Assembly (NCBI GenBank): GCA_963789955.1
Contig: CAWBMV010000022.1
Location: 160,001 to 224,000 of the forward strand
From: an uncultured Candidatus Rokubacteria bacterium
GTDB lineage: Bacteria > Methylomirabilota > Methylomirabilia > Rokubacteriales > CSP1-6
Length of the DNA: 64,000 nucleotides
Reading direction: 5' to 3'
Position 1 is the first letter of the stretch. Each line of letters begins with the position of its first letter. The notes under the pieces were generated by a model, which searched no databases, had not been told where the DNA came from, and was given only the letters and a program-made list of their open reading frames with translations. Of this stretch, positions 40,833-51,714 are shown piece after piece. The position numbers and the translations under genes are program-made.

Positions 40833-41735
40833 ATGGCGTCCCTCCATCGGCCGGAGCGGTTGTCGATCTTCTCGCCCGCCACGAGCCGCGAGCGCGAGGA
40901 GAACTTCGAGAGCTACTGGCTCTACCAGCAGCGCCGCGACGGCGAGATTCTCGAGGACGCGAAGGATTTGTCGGAGAAGCGGAAGGGGCTCACGCGCTTT
41001 CAGGCCAACCCGGTCCGCACGCGCCGGCCGGTCCCGGAGGCGTTCCGCCGCAACTACGTCACGATGCGCGACGATCCACGCAGCCTCGACCGACGGACGT
41101 TGCTGCTGACCTTTCTCTACAAGTTCGCGCGCCACGAGTGGATCGGCATCTCGGCAGCCTGGGACGAGACTCCGACGCTGGCGCGCGCGGTGTACCTGAT
41201 CGACAAGATCAGCCGGTACCATCTCGCCGAGGAGTTCTGTCACATGCGGCTCTTCCAGGAGATGTTTCGGACCTTCGGCCTCGACGGCGTCGAGTGGGGG
41301 CCGCTGCCGAAGCGGACCAAGCAGCTCTACGGCGCGTTCGCCCGCTTGCCCGGCCCGATCGTGGCGCCGCCGGCCTTCGTGAGCGAGCTGATGGGGCTGA
41401 CCGTCTACCTGCAGCTCGACGCGATGCTCGACGACATCATCGGCGACGAGCCCGACGTGCGCGACCGGATCCGCGAGCTCCTGCGCATGATCATGACCGA
41501 CGAGCTGTCGCACGTCGGCGAGCGGCGCAACTTCATGGGACCGGTCGGGCTCCGCGCGGCCAAGCTGATGGTGCGACCGATGTTCCGCGCCTTCTTCGGA
41601 GGGATCCCGGAGGCCCCGTTGCTCTTCGACACGCGCCGGATGCGAAAAGACGCCGAGGCCTTCGACTACAGCACGATCAGGCCGGACATTCTCAAGGTGA
41701 GCTGGGCCCCGTCGTACTGCACTCCGCGTCCGTAG
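40833..41735 (+). CDS. Ferritin-like diiron protein
   Basis: Pattern E..ExxH..E..ExxH: RHEW, EEFCH, SELMG, DELSH. Confidence 0.7.
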   Translation: MASLHRPERLSIFSPATSREREENFESYWLYQQRRDGEILEDAKDLSEKRKGLTRFQANPVRTRRPVPEAFRRNYVTMRDDPRSLDRRTLLLTFLYKFARHEWIGISAAWDETPTLARAVYLIDKISRYHLAEEFCHMRLFQEMFRTFGLDGVEWGPLPKRTKQLYGAFARLPGPIVAPPAFVSELMGLTVYLQLDAMLDDIIGDEPDVRDRIRELLRMIMTDELSHVGERRNFMGPVGLRAAKLMVRPMFRAFFGGIPEAPLLFDTRRMRKDAEAFDYSTIRPDILKVSWAPSYCTPRP

Positions 41736-41770
41736 ACGGCGCGCACACCGCGCCTCGCCGCCGATGGAGC

Positions 41771-41802
41771 GCCGCGGCCCGGCACGAAAGCAGGGCCGCG
41801 GC
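41771..41802. terminator. Hairpin between convergent genes
   Basis: GCCGCGGCCC...GGGCCGCGGC 10-bp stem. Confidence 0.55.
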
Positions 41803-41812
41803 CCGGATGCGC

Positions 41813-42343
41813 CTACGCGGCGTAGCCCTGCGGGACGAGGTTCAACGCCTTGGCGAACTTACTGGCGAAGGTTTGAAAGCCCACGATGAAGGTCAGCTCG
41901 ACGACTTCGGCTTCGGTGAAGTGCTCGCGGAGCCGCGTCATGCACGCATCGGTCACTTCCAGATCGTCACGCGTGATGCGCTCGGCGTATTCGAGCGCCG
42001 CGTGTTCGCGCGGTGTGAACCGGGCACTGTCTCGGTAGCGCAGCAGGTCGTCGAGCTTCTCGCTCGGGATCCCCGCCTTCGCGCCGACGGCGCGGCGGAT
42101 ATCCATTCAATAGGCGCTGCCGTACAGCGCCGCGACCTGCACGTTGAGCAGCGCGCGCAAGGTCGATTCGACCCGACCGAACCATTCGATCGCGGCGTAG
42201 AGGCCGCCGAGCCCCATCATGAGCGGCACGCGGTGGGCCATGAGCCGTTCCGGCGTCGGCACCCGACCGTAGATCGCCCGTCCGATCCGATAGAAGGCGT
42301 GGACCGCCATCCCCGGACGTTCCACTTCGCTGATCCTCGTCAT
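41813..42343 (-). CDS. AhpD/carboxymuconolactone decarboxylase-family protein, probable selenoprotein (in-frame UGA at 42107-42109)
   Basis: Two abutting in-frame ORFs read VAALYGSAY-UGA-MDI...EKL..L..Y..S..F..RE.AAL.YAE..T..L..HF.EAE.VELT; the UGA falls at the second Cys of the usual CxxC. Confidence 0.8.
42067..42104 (-). promoter_or_regulatory. Candidate bacterial SECIS element
   Basis: GGAU-AU-CCGCC-GCGCC-[GUC]-GGCGC-GAA-GGCGG-GG-AUCC; G-starting loop 18 nt after the UGA. Confidence 0.65.
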
Positions 42344-42446
42344 GGGCATCCTCCTGTCTCGATGTACGGTTGTCTCCAACGCGTCACCCTCGCCACGGGC
42401 CCATGGTACCGTGGCGGTCCATGACGTCGCCCAAGCGCCCCTAGAC

Positions 42447-43344
42447 ATGGAGCAGCGCCAGCTCGGACGCACGGACATCGTCGCGAGCGTGCTCGGCTTC
42501 GGTGGCTCCGAGATCGGCTATCAGAGCGTCAGCGCGCGCACCGTGGCGCGGCTGCTCGGCAACGCGCTCGACGCCGGCCTCAACGTGATCGACACCGCGG
42601 AGTGCTACGACGACAGCGAGAGCCTCATCGGCAAGGCGATCGGGGCCCGCCGCCGCGACGTGTCGCTGTTCACGAAGTGCGGGCACGCCGGCGGCTGGTC
42701 GAGCGCCGACTGGCGACGCGCTCCGCTCCTGGGCAGCATCGAGCGCAGCCTGCGCCGCCTCGCGACCGACTACGTCGATCTCATCCAGCTCCACAGCTGC
42801 TCGCTCAGCGAGCTCAAGAAGGGCGAGGCCATCGAGGCGCTGGAGCGCGCGCGCGAGCGCGGTTGGGCGCGGTACATCGGCTACAGCGGTGACGGCGAGG
42901 CGGCGCGCTATGCCGTCGAGTGCGGGCGCTTCGACACCTTGCAGACGTCGGTCAGCATCGCGGACCAGGACGCGCTCGAGCGCACACTGCCGCTGGCGAT
43001 CGCCCGGCAGATGGGCGTGATCGCGAAACGGCCGCTGGCCAACGTGGCCTGGACGTACGAGCGAAAGCCGTCCGAGCCGTACTACCAGACCTACTGGTCT
43101 CGCCTTCGCAAGCTCGACTATCCGTTCTTGAAGTCGGCGCCCGACACGGCCGTGAGCACGGCGCTGCGCTTCACGCTGAGCGTGCCCGGCGTGCAGACCG
43201 CGATCGTCGGGACGACGAAGCCGGAGCGATGGCAGCAGAACGCCGGGCTCCTCGCGCGGGGGCGCGCTCTCACGCGGCGAGTTCGAGCGAATCCGCGCGC
43301 GCTGGAGCGAGGTCGCCGGCGCGTCGTGGGACGGTCAGGTCTGA
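42447..43344 (+). CDS. Aldo/keto reductase; frameshift near 43260
   Basis: LGFGG, IDTAECY, FTKCG, SLRRLATDYVDLIQLH, IAKRPLAN. Confidence 0.9.
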
Positions 43345-43365
43345 GCGTGCTGATTGCGACCAGGG

Positions 43366-44026
43366 ATGCGAACGGTAATCCGAAGCGTACGCTCTGAGAC
43401 CGTCGCCGCCGGGCTGTCGTTGATCGCCGTGGCTGTGCTGTCCGTGATCGCGCTCGTCGAGCCGGCTCTCGCCGGCTGGCTCACGGTGGAGAACGGCGTC
43501 GTCGAGTGGCTCCAGGTGCTGCTGGACGCCGGCGCGGCGCTGCTGTTCGGACGCGAGCTCGTGAGGAACGCCCGCCAGACCGGGCGCGTGTCCCCGCTCG
43601 ATCTCGTCATCGTCTCCTGCCTCATCGGATTGAACATCGGCGAGGTCGATCTCGATCGGATCCTGTTCGGCACCAAGGTCATCGCGACTCAGTTCTTCGT
43701 CAATATCAAGGTGGCGCTCTCCTGGCGCGTCCTCGCCATGCTGATCGTCGTGGGCGTGCCCGTGGCGATCGGCATCTTCGTCGTCCTTCGCGTTTCGCGA
43801 ATTCTGGTCCGAGGGGTGGGCCGCCGTCGCGCAACCGTGGGGACGCGCGCTGGCGGCGAGCGTCGCGCTCTCCGTGTTCACCGAAGTCTTCGAGCAGCAG
43901 CTCGGGCATGTGCCGGGAGTGCCGCGCTTCTTTCTCGAGGAGCTATTCGAGCTGGTGGCGGCGATCGGCTTCTTCGTGTCCGCCGTCGCCCGCTCCGGCG
44001 CGCGAGGCTCGTCGCCTTCCCCCTGA
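43366..44026 (+). CDS. Integral membrane hypothetical protein; frameshift near 43795
   Basis: ENGVVEWLQ, several TM segments, EELFEL. Confidence 0.6.
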
Positions 44027-44152
44027 CCGACGCAGGCGCCGGCCGCCCCCGGCCCCGGCGCGGTTGACAAATATGACAAGCCCCGTGACCTCGCTGCCGT
44101 TCGGGAACGCTCGAAGACTCCCCAAGTAGCTGTCTCTTCACGCATAAGTCCT

Positions 44153-44168
44153 TGGCTCGACCCTTGCA
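44153..44168 (+). promoter_or_regulatory. Sigma-54 promoter for the binding protein-kinase operon
   Basis: TGGCTC-GACCC-TTGCA, one mismatch to consensus, about 50 bp before the ATG at 44218. Confidence 0.65.
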
Positions 44169-44217
44169 TAATACGCGTTGGATCGCTATGCCATCTATCG
44201 ACATTTGGGGGAACCTC

Positions 44218-45073
44218 ATGAAGAAGTGGGTCGCCGCCGTCTCGCTTGGCGTCTGTGTCGCTCATCGGCTTCGGGGCGTCGGGCTGGTCTCAAAGTCAGC
44301 CCCTCTCCTTCGGAGTCATCATCTGGCGAAGCCCGACCTTGACCGCACAGTTCTGGAACCCGATCCTGCGTTACGTCTCGGACAAGAGCGGCGTGCCGCT
44401 CCACCTCAAAGTCGCCCAGACCGGCCCGGAGCACACCACGATGGTGCGCCGCGGCGAGTACGACTTCCTCTACTCCAACCACAACTTCATCAAGGAGAAC
44501 GAGGAGAGCGGGTACCGGGTCTTTGCGCGGCCCAAGGAAGATCCCGGGACCGGCGAGATCGTGGTCCTGAAGGACTCCCCGATCCACTCGCTGGCCGATC
44601 TCGAGGGACAGGAGGTGGTGTTCCCGCACATCGCGGCCTTCTTCGGCTATCACCTTCCGATGGACGCGCTGCTGCGCAAGGGGATCCAGGTCAAAGCCCA
44701 CTTCGCCGGCAACCAGGAAGGCGCGATGGGGCAGTTGAAGGCCGGCCGCGCGGTCGCCGCCGGCGTGAACGCGGACGTGATGCGCGCGTTCGCCCAGCGC
44801 GAGCACGTCGCCTACCGCACGCTGTGGAGCTCGGACAGGTACCTGAGCCTCGCCCTCTCGGCCCTGCCATCGATACCGGCCGACGTCGTCAAGGCGGTAC
44901 GCGACGCGTTTCTCAAGATGGCCGATGACCCGGAGGGCGCCAAGGTGCTGGCGTCGAGCGCCGAGGTCCTCAAGCAAGGAAAGCCGATGCGGTTCGTCGC
45001 GTCGAAGGATAGCGAGTACGACAACATGCGTCGGTTCTACCGGACGACCCTGGTGAAGGTCGAGCTCCAGTAG
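44218..45073 (+). CDS. PhnD-like periplasmic binding protein associated with a sensor kinase; frameshift in the signal peptide
   Basis: FGV..RS..LTAQFWNPILRY, DSPIHSLADLEG, FAGNQEGA; no permease or ATPase nearby. Confidence 0.75.
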
Positions 45074-48000
45074 TGAGGTTCACGCTCGCCGCGCTCGTGC
45101 GCGGCCAGTTGTCCCTCACGGCCCGGCTCGTGCTCGGCAGCGGGCTGGCGCTGGTCGGCTGCGGCGCCGCGCTGCTGTACTCGATCCTCCGCGGAGAGAT
45201 CATCGATCAGCGCACCACCTTGAGCGAGCAGCTCCACGAGGAGATGAGCTTCGCGCTGCCGGCGATGAGCGGCCCCGCGGTCGTCGGCGACTACGCGGTG
45301 ATCGAGCAGATGGTGAAGGCGCGCGCCCGCCAGCCCACCATCGCCCGGTTCGCGTGGACCGACAACTCCGGCCACCCGGTCGCGGCGCTCGGCCCGCCGA
45401 TTCGCGTGGAGGCTCCCGCCTGGTTCGTCCAGAGGCTCCACCTGCCGCCGCTCGAGGACTCTCAGCCCGTCGTGGTCGGCGGCGAGAAGTACGGCATGGT
45501 CTCGCTGCGGCTCAACCCGGCGCTGTCCGTCAACAAGCTGTGGCGCGGCTTCTGGGAGAAGCTCGGGATTCTGTTCCTGGGTACGGCCTTGTCGCTCGGG
45601 GTCACGCTCGTCCTGCTCCGGAGCGGAGTCCAGCCGCTGCGCACCCTGGCCGCGAGCGCGCGCCGCTTCGGCCAGGGCGACTACGCCGTCCGGATCCTGG
45701 CCGAGGGGCCGCCCGAGACCGCGCAATGCATCCAGGCGTTCAACAGCATGGCGGAGAACATCGAATCCTTGCTGGCGTCGTTGCATCGCAGCGAGGAGAA
45801 GAACCGCCTCCTCGCGCTGCAGGTCGAGCAGTCGAGCGACGCGATCTTCTCGCACGACCAGGGCGGCGTCGTGACCTCCTGGAACCGAGGCGCCACCCGA
45901 CTCTACGGCCACACCGCGGCCGACGCGATCGGGCGGCCGCTCCGCGACCTCGATCTCTGGGACACGCGAGGCGAGCGCGTCGAGGCGGTGACTCCGGCCT
46001 CGTTCGAAACGTGCGCCAAGACCAAGACCGGTCAGCTCGTCGAAGTGTCGGTGGTGGCCACACCGTTTCGCGACGAGGCCGGGCGGCCGATGGGTGAGCT
46101 CACGATCGTCCGCGACATCAGCGCGCTGAAGCAGAAGGAAGCCGCCGCCGAGGCGGCGAACCGCGCCAAGTCCGAGTTCCTGGCGACCATGAGCCACGAG
46201 ATCCGGACGCCGATGAACGGCGTGATCGGCATGACCGCGCTGCTGCTCGACACGCCGCTGACGCGCGAGCAGCGCGACTACGCCGAGACGGTCCACCGCT
46301 CGGGCGAGGCGCTGCTGGCCATCATCAACGACATCCTCGACTTCTCGAAGATCGAGGCCGGCCGGCTCGAGCTCGAGCCGGTGCCGTTCGCCCTGCGCGA
46401 GACCCTGGGCGAGACGATCAAGACCCTGGCATCGCTCGCTCACGCCAAGTCGCTCGAGCTGGCGTACGAGATCCGTCCGGACGTTCCCGACGATCTCGTC
46501 GGAGACACCGGCCGGCTCGGTCAGATCCTCGTCAACCTGGTCGGCAACGCGATCAAGTTCACCGAGCGCGGCGAAGTCGCGGTGCGCGTCGACACCGAGT
46601 CGGTGACCGCCGACCGCGTGACGTTGCGCGTCGCGGTCCAGGATACCGGCATCGGCATCGCGGCCGACAAGAGCCGGCTCATCTTCGACGCGTTCGCCCA
46701 GGCCGACGCGTCGACCACGCGTCGCTTCGGCGGAACCGGGCTGGGTCTCGCCATCTGCCGGCGCCTGGTCGAGCGGATGGGCGGCCGGATCTGGCTCGAC
46801 AGCGAGCCCGGGCGTGGCAGCACCTTCCATTTCACCCTGGCGCTCGAGCGGGCCCGCGTGCCGGTGCCCCGGCGCGTGGCGGCGCCGTCGCACTCCTTGC
46901 AGGGGTTGCCGGTCCTCGCCGCCGACGACAACGCGACCAACCGTCGGCTGCTCGAGGCGACCCTGACCGCGTGGGGCGTGGCCCCGACGATCGTGGAGGA
47001 CGGACGGGCGGCCATGGTCGAGCTCGAGCGGGCGCGCGCCGCCGGACGCACGTTCGATCTGGTGCTCCTCGACGCCCGGATGCCCGACCTCGACGGCTTC
47101 GCCGTCGCCGAGCGCATCCGTCAGGAGCCGGCACTGGCCGGCGTCACCGTGATGCTGCTGACGTCGGACGTGATGAGCGGTGACCTGGCCCGCTGCCGCG
47201 CGCTCGGCGTCGCGCGCCATCTCGTCAAGCCGTTCACGCCGTCGGAGCTACTGAACGCCGTGCTCCTGGCCCTCGGCCAGTCGGTCGAGCCGACGACGCC
47301 GCTGTCACGAGCCTCGCGCGAGGCGTCCACCAAGCGCCTGCACGTGCTGGTGGCCGAAGACAACGCCGTCAACCAGCGCGTGATCGTGCGGCTGCTCGAG
47401 AAGATGGGCCACATTCCAATCCTGGCGTACAACGGGCAGGAGGCGGTCGAAGCCTACGAGAGCCGTCCGTTCGATGTGGTGCTGATGGACGTTCAGATGC
47501 CCGTGATGGACGGGCTCGCGGCCACGCAGACGATCCGCCAGAGTGAGGCGCGCAACCCGGGCCGGCGCCGGCTGCCGATCATGGCGCTGACCGCGTATGC
47601 GATGCGCGGAGATCGCGAGCGATGCCTCGCGGCCGGGATGGACGAGTATCTGACGAAGCCGGTCAAGCCCGAAGAGCTCGCGGCCGCCCTGAACCGGCTC
47701 GTCCAGACCGGCCACGACGCCGACCCGGTGGACCACACCGCGGCCGCCGGGCCATCGAGCACTCCGCAACGTCCGAACGGAAGCGACGCCGTATCGGAGC
47801 CGCGCGACCGCGCGCCCGTTGGGAGCGAAGGCGCGCCGTCGGCGGGCGCGCCGGGTCCGGTCGTATCGAGCGATGCCTCGCCCGAAGCCGGATTCGATTT
47901 CTCCGCCGCGCTCAACTACGTCGGCGGGGACCGCGAGCTATTGGACGAGCTGCTCGGCATCTTCGTCGAGGACGCGCCGATCCGGATGAAGGCGCTTCGA

Positions 48001-48222
48001 CACGCCATCGGCAATGCCGACGCGACGGAGCTGACCCGCGAGGCCCACACGCTCAAGGGGGCGCTGAAGGTGATCGGCGCCACGACGGCGGCCGGCCTCG
48101 CTCAGGGGCTGGAGGCGCTCGGGCGTGACGGCAACATGAGCGAAGCCGACAAGCTGGCCGTCGCGCTCGAACGAGAGATGGACCGCCTGATGCAGTCCTT
48201 GATGGCGTCGAAGCGAGGCTGA
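45073..48222 (+). CDS. Hybrid sensor histidine kinase (TM-HAMP-PAS-HisKA-HATPase-REC-REC-Hpt)
   Basis: [54 protein letters not shown]. Confidence 0.95.
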   Translation: MRFTLAALVRGQLSLTARLVLGSGLALVGCGAALLYSILRGEIIDQRTTLSEQLHEEMSFALPAMSGPAVVGDYAVIEQMVKARARQPTIARFAWTDNSGHPVAALGPPIRVEAPAWFVQRLHLPPLEDSQPVVVGGEKYGMVSLRLNPALSVNKLWRGFWEKLGILFLGTALSLGVTLVLLRSGVQPLRTLAASARRFGQGDYAVRILAEGPPETAQCIQAFNSMAENIESLLASLHRSEEKNRLLALQVEQSSDAIFSHDQGGVVTSWNRGATRLYGHTAADAIGRPLRDLDLWDTRGERVEAVTPASFETCAKTKTGQLVEVSVVATPFRDEAGRPMGELTIVRDISALKQKEAAAEAANRAKSEFLATMSHEIRTPMNGVIGMTALLLDTPLTREQRDYAETVHRSGEALLAIINDILDFSKIEAGRLELEPVPFALRETLGETIKTLASLAHAKSLELAYEIRPDVPDDLVGDTGRLGQILVNLVGNAIKFTERGEVAVRVDTESVTADRVTLRVAVQDTGIGIAADKSRLIFDAFAQADASTTRRFGGTGLGLAICRRLVERMGGRIWLDSEPGRGSTFHFTLALERARVPVPRRVAAPSHSLQGLPVLAADDNATNRRLLEATLTAWGVAPTIVEDGRAAMVELERARAAGRTFDLVLLDARMPDLDGFAVAERIRQEPALAGVTVMLLTSDVMSGDLARCRALGVARHLVKPFTPSELLNAVLLALGQSVEPTTPLSRASREASTKRLHVLVAEDNAVNQRVIVRLLEKMGHIPILAYNGQEAVEAYESRPFDVVLMDVQMPVMDGLAATQTIRQSEARNPGRRRLPIMALTAYAMRGDRERCLAAGMDEYLTKPVKPEELAAALNRLVQTGHDADPVDHTAAAGPSSTPQRPNGSDAVSEPRDRAPVGSEGAPSAGAPGPVVSSDASPEAGFDFSAALNYVGGDRELLDELLGIFVEDAPIRMKALRHAIGNADATELTREAHTLKGALKVIGATTAAGLAQGLEALGRDGNMSEADKLAVALEREMDRLMQSLMASKRG

Positions 48223-48253
48223 GCCCGCCGCCGTCAGGCGACCGCGGCTCGGC

Positions 48254-51200
48254 TCACGACAACAGAATCAGCAGATCGCGCGGGCCCACGGCGTCGCCCG
48301 GCGCCACGTACACCTCGGCCACGATCGCGTCGCGCTCCGCGATGATGTGCGTCTCCATCTTCATCGCCTCGATCGCCAGGAGCGTCTCGCCCCTCGCGAC
48401 GACCTGACCGGGTCGCACCGCCACCGCGACCACCGTTCCGGCCAACCCGGCGCTCACGTGCGCGGAATTCCCGGTCTGGACCTGCGCGCGTGCGCCCTGG
48501 ACCGTCGCCGCGGGTGTGGCGACCGTGACCAGCTGGAGCTGGCCGTCGACGGTCGCGAACAAGGTCACGAAGCCGCCGTCGTCGGGCTCTGTCCTGGCGA
48601 GCAGGCCGATCACGTGGCGCTTCCCGGGCGCCACCTCGACCTCGATGTCTTCGCCTTCGCGAAGTCCGTAGAAAAACGCCGGCGTCGGCAGCGCCGACAC
48701 GTCGCCGAAGCGATCCCGGTGTCGCGCGTACTCGACGAAGAGCGCCGGGAACAGGAGCCACGACGACAGCTCGCGCTCGCTGACCGGACGGCGCACCGTG
48801 GCCTCGAGCTCGAGGCGCCGCGCCGCCAGATCGGCGGGGGGCAGATAGGCGGCCGCGCGGCCGTAGATCGCGGGCTGGCCCTTGAGCACCTTGCGCTGGA
48901 GATCGGCCGGGAAGCCTTCCGGAGGCGCCCCGACCTCGCCGCGAAACAGCGCCACGACGGATTTCGGGAACGCCAGGTCGCGCGCCGGATCGAGCACGTC
49001 GTCTCGGCTCAGGCCGTTGGCCACCATCGAGAGCGCCATATCGGCCACCGCCGTGGACGTCGGCGTGATCTTCACCAGGTCGCCGAACAGCAGATTCACC
49101 TCGGCGTAGCGCTGGCAGATCTCGTCCCAGCGGTGCTCGAGCCCCATGCCCCGGGCCTGAGCGCGGAGGTTCGTGTACTGTGGTCCCGGCATCTCGTGGC
49201 GATAGACGTCGGCGGTTCCGGCGCGCATGTCGGCCTCGAACGGCGCGTAGTAGCGGCGGACGATCTCCCAGTAGCGTGACAGCGATTGCAAGGTTTCGGG
49301 ATCGAGCCCCGGATCGAGCTCCGACCCGGCCAGCGCCGACGCCATGGCGCTGAGATTCGGCTGCGCGGTGAGCCCGCTCATCGCGTCGAGGGCGCCGTAC
49401 ACCGCATCGGCGCCCGCGTCGATGGCGGCCAGGACGCTGGCGCCGGCGATGCCGCTCGTATCGTGCGTGTCGAAGTGGATGGGAAGCCCGACCTCGCCTC
49501 GCAGCGCCTCCACCAGCGCGCGCGCCGCGCGCGGCCGGCATACCCCCGCCATGTCCTTGATGCCGAGGATCTGCGCGCCGGCCTTCTCGAGCTGCCGCGC
49601 CAGATCCACGTAGTAGCGCAGGTTCCATTTCGGGCGCGCCGTGTCGAACAGATCGCCCGTGTAGCACATCGCCGCCTCGCACAACGCCCCGGCGCCGCGC
49701 ACGGCGTCGATGGCGACGCGCATGTTGTCGACGCCGTTCAGCGAGTCGAAGACGCGGAAGAGGTCGATGCCGGCGTGCGTCGCCTGCGTGATGAAGTGCT
49801 GCACGACGTTGTCGGGGTAGCTCGTGTAGCCGACCGCGTTCGAGGCGCGCACCATCATCTGGAGGAGCAGGTTGGGGACGGCGTCCCGCAGCTGCGCCAG
49901 CCGCTCCCAGGGATCCTCGCGCAGGAATCGCAGCATGACGTCGAACGTCGCGCCGCCCCAGCACTCGAGCGAGAAGAGCTCGGGCGTGAGCCGCGCGTAC
50001 GCGGGGGCGACCGCCAGGATGTCGTGGGTCCTCACGCGCGTCGCCAGGAGCGACTGCTGCGCGTCTCGGATGGTCGTATCCGTGAACAGGATGCGCTTCT
50101 CTCGGCGCATCCAGCCGAGGAAGCGCTCGGGTCCGAGCTCGCGAAGCCGATCGCGGCTGCCCGGCGGGATCGGGCGATCGGCGTCGTAGCGAGGGACCGG
50201 CGCACGGGGCAGGGACGCCGCGGGGCGCGGCCGGCCGAGCATCTCCGGGTTGCCGTTGACGGTCACCTCACCGAGAAACTCCAGCAGGCCGAACGCGCCG
50301 TTCGGCGCCGCCGCGGACTCGACGAGCTCCGGTGTCTCGTCCACGAACCGCGTGGTGTAGGCCCCGGCGGCAAACGCCGGGTGCGCGATCACGTGCTCGA
50401 GGAATTCCAGATTCGAGGCGACGCCTTCGACCCGCGACTCGCCGAGCGCTCGCGCCATCCGTCCGATCGTCTCCTCGGGGGAGTCGCCCCGGGCGATGAT
50501 CTTCATGAGCAGGGAGTCGTAGAACGGCGAGACGACGGCGCCGGTGTGGGCGCTGCCCGCGTCCACCCGAATGCCGATGCCCGCGGGGATCTGGCAGGCG
50601 GTGAGGCGCCCATGCGCGGGCGCGAATCCGTGGGCCGGATCCTCGGTCGTCACGCGGCACTGGAGCGCGTGCCCCGACACGGTGATCGCCTCCTGTCGCG
50701 GCACGCCGGAATCCGGCTCGCCGATCCGGGCCCCGGCGGCGATCCGGAGCTGCGCCTTCACGATGTCGATCCCGGTGACTTCCTCGGTGACCGTGTGCTC
50801 GACTTGCAGCCGCGCGTTGACCTCGATGAAATAGAACGCCCGCGTGTCCGCGTCCACCAGGAACTCGACGGTCCCGGCGTGCGTGTAGCCGGCGGCCCGG
50901 GCCAGGGCGAGCGCGGCGTCGCACAAGGTCGCGCGCTCGGCCCCGGTCAGGAACGGCGCCGGCGCCCACTCGGCGATCTTTTGATGCCGCCGCTGGATGG
51001 AGCAGTCGCGCTCGAACAGGTGCACGAGCGTTCCGTGCAGGTCGCCGAGAACTTGGACCTCGACGTGGCGCGCCCGGCTCAGGAGCCGTTCGGCGTAGAC
51101 CTCGTCCTCGCCGAAGGCGCCGCGCGCCTCGCGCCGGGCCGCCTCGATGAGCGGCCCGAGCTCCGCCGGCGACTCCGCGACACGCAGGCCGCGACCGCCG

Positions 51201-51700
51201 CCGCCTCGGCTGGCCTTGACCATGAGCGGAAAGCCGATCGACGCGGCGAGCGCTTTGGCTTTCTCTAGGTCCCGGGGCAGGGGACCGGTGCCGGGCAAGG
51301 TCGGGACGCCCACGGCCCGCGCGAGGGTCCGGGCGGCGACCTTGTCGCCCAGGGCGCGCAGCACGTCCTCGCGCGGGCCGACGAAGGTGAGGCCGGCGCG
51401 GGCGCACGCGGCGGCCATCTCGGGCTTCGCGGCGAGAAAGCCGTAGCCCGGATGGATCGCGTCGACGCGCGCGCGGCGCGCCACGCGGATGACGTCGTCC
51501 ACGTCGAGATAGGCGTCGACCGCGGTGCGGCCGGCACCGACCCGATAGCTCTCGTCGGCGGCGAAGCGATGCCGGGCGGCTCGATCCTCCTCGGAGAAGA
51601 TCGCGACCGTCCGCATCTGCAGCTCACGGGCGGCGCGCACGATGCGGATGGCGATCTCGCCGCGATTGGCGACGAGAAGGCGCGCGATCTTCTGGCTCAC
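48254..51700 (-). CDS. pyc: Pyruvate carboxylase (divergent)
   Basis: ANRGEIA, RDCSIQRRHQK, RLQVEH, WGGATFD, IKDMAG, EAMKME biotinylation site; BC-CT-BCCP architecture. Confidence 0.85.
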   Translation of the reverse strand: MSQKIARLLVANRGEIAIRIVRAARELQMRTVAIFSEEDRAARHRFAADESYRVGAGRTAVDAYLDVDDVIRVARRARVDAIHPGYGFLAAKPEMAAACARAGLTFVGPREDVLRALGDKVAARTLARAVGVPTLPGTGPLPRDLEKAKALAASIGFPLMVKASRGGGGRGLRVAESPAELGPLIEAARREARGAFGEDEVYAERLLSRARHVEVQVLGDLHGTLVHLFERDCSIQRRHQKIAEWAPAPFLTGAERATLCDAALALARAAGYTHAGTVEFLVDADTRAFYFIEVNARLQVEHTVTEEVTGIDIVKAQLRIAAGARIGEPDSGVPRQEAITVSGHALQCRVTTEDPAHGFAPAHGRLTACQIPAGIGIRVDAGSAHTGAVVSPFYDSLLMKIIARGDSPEETIGRMARALGESRVEGVASNLEFLEHVIAHPAFAAGAYTTRFVDETPELVESAAAPNGAFGLLEFLGEVTVNGNPEMLGRPRPAASLPRAPVPRYDADRPIPPGSRDRLRELGPERFLGWMRREKRILFTDTTIRDAQQSLLATRVRTHDILAVAPAYARLTPELFSLECWGGATFDVMLRFLREDPWERLAQLRDAVPNLLLQMMVRASNAVGYTSYPDNVVQHFITQATHAGIDLFRVFDSLNGVDNMRVAIDAVRGAGALCEAAMCYTGDLFDTARPKWNLRYYVDLARQLEKAGAQILGIKDMAGVCRPRAARALVEALRGEVGLPIHFDTHDTSGIAGASVLAAIDAGADAVYGALDAMSGLTAQPNLSAMASALAGSELDPGLDPETLQSLSRYWEIVRRYYAPFEADMRAGTADVYRHEMPGPQYTNLRAQARGMGLEHRWDEICQRYAEVNLLFGDLVKITPTSTAVADMALSMVANGLSRDDVLDPARDLAFPKSVVALFRGEVGAPPEGFPADLQRKVLKGQPAIYGRAAAYLPPADLAARRLELEATVRRPVSERELSSWLLFPALFVEYARHRDRFGDVSALPTPAFFYGLREGEDIEVEVAPGKRHVIGLLARTEPDDGGFVTLFATVDGQLQLVTVATPAATVQGARAQVQTGNSAHVSAGLAGTVVAVAVRPGQVVARGETLLAIEAMKMETHIIAERDAIVAEVYVAPGDAVGPRDLLILLS

Positions 51701-51714
51701 GATCGTGTCCTCAT

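Noticed and set aside
44064..44079. Pho box (TGTCAT-ATT-TGTCAA on the minus strand)
   Set aside because: The repeat period is 9 bp, not the 11 bp of PhoB boxes.
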